A stretch of DNA of 64,000 bases from Eukaryota sp. TZLM1-RC (Eukaryota; Protista; Metamonada: BaSk clade). The translations under genes were made by a program, and so were the position numbers. The first letter of the stretch is position 1, and the number at the start of each line of letters is the position of its first letter. Below, one piece after another: positions 61,094 to 64,000 of this stretch. The notes beneath the pieces were generated by a model, which ran no database searches, was not told the DNA's origin, and worked only from the letters and a program-made list of their open reading frames with translations. The DNA is taken from positions 868,001 to 932,000 of the forward strand of contig JAUPSS010000005.1 of assembly GCA_040285825.1 (NCBI GenBank), given 5' to 3'.

Positions 61094-62665
61094 ATGTTAG
61101 ACACCTCCCAACCAGATATCTCTGACTCTAATCCCCCACTTAATATGCAGCAGGTACCAGCGGCACATATACATGATATAGAGGGTAACGAGGCAACGGA
61201 CCCGGATCCCACCTCCTTCTCCCTTAAATTAGAAGAAGATGAAAGAGTGGACGAGGTCCCTCCATCTTCAGTAACAGAAGAGGTAACGAGAACGGACCCT
61301 GCTCCCTCTCCCCTCAGGAAAAAAGAAACAGAAGGGGTTACGAGAACGGACCCAGCTCCCTCTCCCCCCAAAGCAATGAATGAGGTTGCAAGAACGGACC
61401 CAGCTCCCTCTCCCCCCAAAGCAATGAATGAGGTTACGAGAACGGACCCAGCTCCCTCTCCCCCCAAAGCAATGGAAGAGGCAACGAGAACGGACCCGGC
61501 TCCCTCTCCCCTCAAGTATGCAGAATTGTCCTCGGAGGCAACGAGAACGGACCCGGCTCCCTCTCCCCTCCCAATTCTAGAACCTGTCTCAAAGGGAACG
61601 GATGGAAATCCCACCTTAGACACGTCTTCCCCATTAGGAGAATATGAAGAAATTCAATCTCAACTGGATGAAATGGAGGGAGAAGACGACTCTTCCGAGG
61701 GGTTCTACAAGTTATTAAGAGAGGATGCGGAGGCTTACCTCGAACCAACAGATTTCTGTCTGTTCGAGCAGCTTCCCCCTTTATGGAGTTACATTCAAAA
61801 AAGAGGCAGAAACGTTGGTTTCCAGACCCTCGGAATGATTGGGGATACCCAAAAGGTATTGGAAATTCCCCTCAATGAAAGGAATGAACTCATAAAGGCA
61901 CTTGATAAACTGAGTAGAGAGACATTCGGGCGTAACGCAGAGCGCCGCCCCAGAATCTCTGGAATGGACAAGAGAATCAATGAAATGATGTCTCTTCCCA
62001 TCAAAGATAGATTGGATTGGAAGGCCTTCTTCCTAGATCAACACGGCAGGAGAATAAGGTTTCTCTCCATCGAGCAGAGAAGTAGGACCGACTCGGAAGA
62101 CATCCTACAATCCAAATTGCCTGCCTGGTTTGACCCTAACTTTGATACGGAAATCCATAATTACACGGAGCTGACAGAGGGTGCTCCCACATATTTTAGG
62201 GAATTTATGGAGCAGGAGGATAGTAGTGAACAAGACAAGCTTGAACCAGTAACACCCTGGTTTGATGAAGACGCTTTAAATAACATTCATACGGAACGAT
62301 CAGCTGTATCCACGTATAGGAGCCGTCCTCACAACTACATCCAACAACATGGTAACTCGTTCACGAAACAACGAGAGTTTAGACAATGGGTAACGGGAGA
62401 TCCATCCACATCTCTCCACCTTCCCAAACTGCCTGTTGTAGCCCCCATAATTTCTGAAAACAGCCAACCAATACAGGTCTGCTCTATTGACAGCATACCC
62501 GAACACGTTCCAACAGTGAACGTCCCGGAACCTGTAACTAGACAAGACGTTGCTCCTCAGGAAGAAACAACTTCCTCTCAACCTATGGAATGTGAAATCG
62601 GAGAAGACATAGAGTTGAACGGGCCAGTCGTTGGAGAAACGGCTCCTCCTCAACCCTCAGTATGA
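61094..62665 (+). CDS. Acidic/proline-rich first ORF of the LTR element (probable Gag N-terminal extension), ends at an AGA-to-TGA change
   Basis: 523 aa; the other copy reads PSVRNSSS (20370) where this has PSV-stop. Confidence 0.65.
   Translation: MLDTSQPDISDSNPPLNMQQVPAAHIHDIEGNEATDPDPTSFSLKLEEDERVDEVPPSSVTEEVTRTDPAPSPLRKKETEGVTRTDPAPSPPKAMNEVARTDPAPSPPKAMNEVTRTDPAPSPPKAMEEATRTDPAPSPLKYAELSSEATRTDPAPSPLPILEPVSKGTDGNPTLDTSSPLGEYEEIQSQLDEMEGEDDSSEGFYKLLREDAEAYLEPTDFCLFEQLPPLWSYIQKRGRNVGFQTLGMIGDTQKVLEIPLNERNELIKALDKLSRETFGRNAERRPRISGMDKRINEMMSLPIKDRLDWKAFFLDQHGRRIRFLSIEQRSRTDSEDILQSKLPAWFDPNFDTEIHNYTELTEGAPTYFREFMEQEDSSEQDKLEPVTPWFDEDALNNIHTERSAVSTYRSRPHNYIQQHGNSFTKQREFRQWVTGDPSTSLHLPKLPVVAPIISENSQPIQVCSIDSIPEHVPTVNVPEPVTRQDVAPQEETTSSQPMECEIGEDIELNGPVVGETAPPQPSV
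61283..61570 (+). repeat. In-frame tandem repeat, six units of 48-57 bp encoding (T/A)RTDPAPSP
   Basis: Core AGAACGGACCCNGCTCCCTCTCCCC repeated six times; single unit in the copy near 19255. Confidence 0.9.
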
Positions 62666-62727
62666 AACTCTTCTTCCGACAGATTTATGCGTATTGAGGA
62701 CCTACAATCCTCAAGAAGAGCTATTGA

Positions 62728-64000
62728 AATCCTGTTGGCCACACTGTATTCGAATGCAAAGATCCTCGTTGTGCTAGAAGCAGAGTTCCCAAAGAAGAAA
62801 GATTCAGATTAGAAGAACAGGAGGCGCCTGCTAGTAGAGGCAGTGTAGAAAGGGGCCGAGGTGGCCGTGGTAGACGTGTACATAGATTCAAATTTAGAGG
62901 CCGTGGAGGCCGTTTTAGAGGTCATAAAGGAAGAGGTCAGTACAGACCTATTTATAACATCAACACTACAGAGGATATATCATCAAACGCATCCCCTACT
63001 GAGTCAAAACCGACCCGTTCGAGTACGGTTCCTCACAGACGGATCAACAACAGCAACCGGAACAGCAGGACAGGCAACTTACCTAATCGGGTACACATCA
63101 ACGCAATCAATCACAATCAATCAACAACCGATTTAGGAAACCCAGTCAACAACTTTTCAACAGCTCAACAAAATCTTTTAATTCCTCTACAAATTCACCA
63201 ATCCAGCTTTGATATCAATAGTATTTTTGATATTAATTCTACGGTTAGTGAGAACCACATCAGATCCCAGCGTTCTCCATTTCTAAGACTGGAGATATCA
63301 ATAAATGATATTAAAATGATTGCGACTATAGATTCGGCTGCGTTTTGTTCAGTTATCACTGCAGATTTAGCTGAACAATGCCATATGTCAATCAATAGCA
63401 AGGATACCATTAAGTTCTTACCAGCTAATAACGTATCCACAAAATCGCTAGGGAGTGCAACTGGTATTCTGTCGTTCAACGTAGGAAGCATTGCGCAACA
63501 AGTTCATTATAAACATACTCTTCCCATAATCCCGGGTTCGAACAAATTATTAATAGGGACAGACATGTTAAAAGCACTTGGGCTTCAGACGGATGATGGT
63601 CTTTTCATTAGATTAGACAAAGAACACCGCACTTTGCTAAATGCAGAATCAGAATTCGACTCTAGGATCGCTCAACATTCGATTGGGAACTTAGATAACC
63701 AATCACCAAGTCCTTCTGATTTTGAGGAGCAATTAGCAAGACCTGGATGTGAGATAAAATTAGATGATAGTAATAATAAATTAAAATTAACGAGTCTACT
63801 AAAATTATTCAGCGATGTTTTTAGTGAAACTCCTAATAGAAAAGGGATCGATTGTAATCCTCTAACAATCCCCTTTAGAGATGAGAATGCTATAGTACAC
63901 AAGCCTGCTAGACGGTTAAATCCCAGCAAAATGGAAATAGCAAACAACATATTTGATGAACTGATCGAAATGGGTTATGCAGTTGAATCTAATTATAAAT
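62728..64000 (+). CDS. pol: Partial Gag-Pol: knuckle remnant, RG-rich tract, aspartic protease, RT N-terminus (open to window end)
   Basis: Manual translation: GHTVFEC, RGRGGRGR, IATIDSAAFCS, LLIGTDML, FSDVFS, KPARRLNP, FDELIEMGY. Confidence 0.85.

Larger units (their letters stand above)
60938..64000 (+). mobile_element. Ty3/gypsy LTR retrotransposon 5' part (79-bp LTR 60938-61016), continues beyond the window
   Basis: TGTTG..CAACA LTR shared with 18895-18973, long first ORF, then knuckle remnant, protease and RT start. Confidence 0.85.

Noticed and set aside
61283-61570. Repeat-spacer-like pattern resembling a CRISPR array
   Set aside because: Units are in-frame coding repeats with related spacers inside a retrotransposon ORF; no cas genes; eukaryotic context.
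61087-61623. 178-aa antisense ORF with GEGAGSVL repeats
   Set aside because: Shadow of the plus-strand tandem repeat; not conserved as an ORF in the 19 kb copy.

Overview
AT-rich eukaryotic (protist-like) genomic window using the standard genetic code and tiny 25-32 nt spliceosomal introns. 1-30.3 kb is a gene-free nest of at least six related families (my labels A, B, C, D, E, F; a further family H occurs later) of CRE-clade-like non-LTR retrotransposons (RT plus restriction-like endonuclease). It includes one full-length copy (14520-17936), one near-full-length copy (23405-26784), nested insertions with 10-14 bp TSDs, and two multi-kb inverted duplications of composite blocks. 30-64 kb has compact host genes (tRNA-Arg, calmodulin-like, a TspO-like membrane protein, VPS35L, MOB4, RIO2, RBBP5/SWD1, coiled-coil RING) separated by more retroelement debris, Ty3/gypsy elements with very short LTRs, and four Fanzor (eukaryotic TnpB-like) loci from three families. 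Highlights: (1) an open Fanzor1-like ORF with an apparent RuvC-I Asp-to-Asn change and a hairpin-rich candidate omega RNA; (2) three Fanzor families each ending just upstream of a co-oriented host start codon; (3) two unrelated LTR families sharing a palindromic, non-tRNA-like primer-binding region; (4) a gag-only 1.1 kb LTR element. All family assignments are from motif recognition by eye; no database searches were run.
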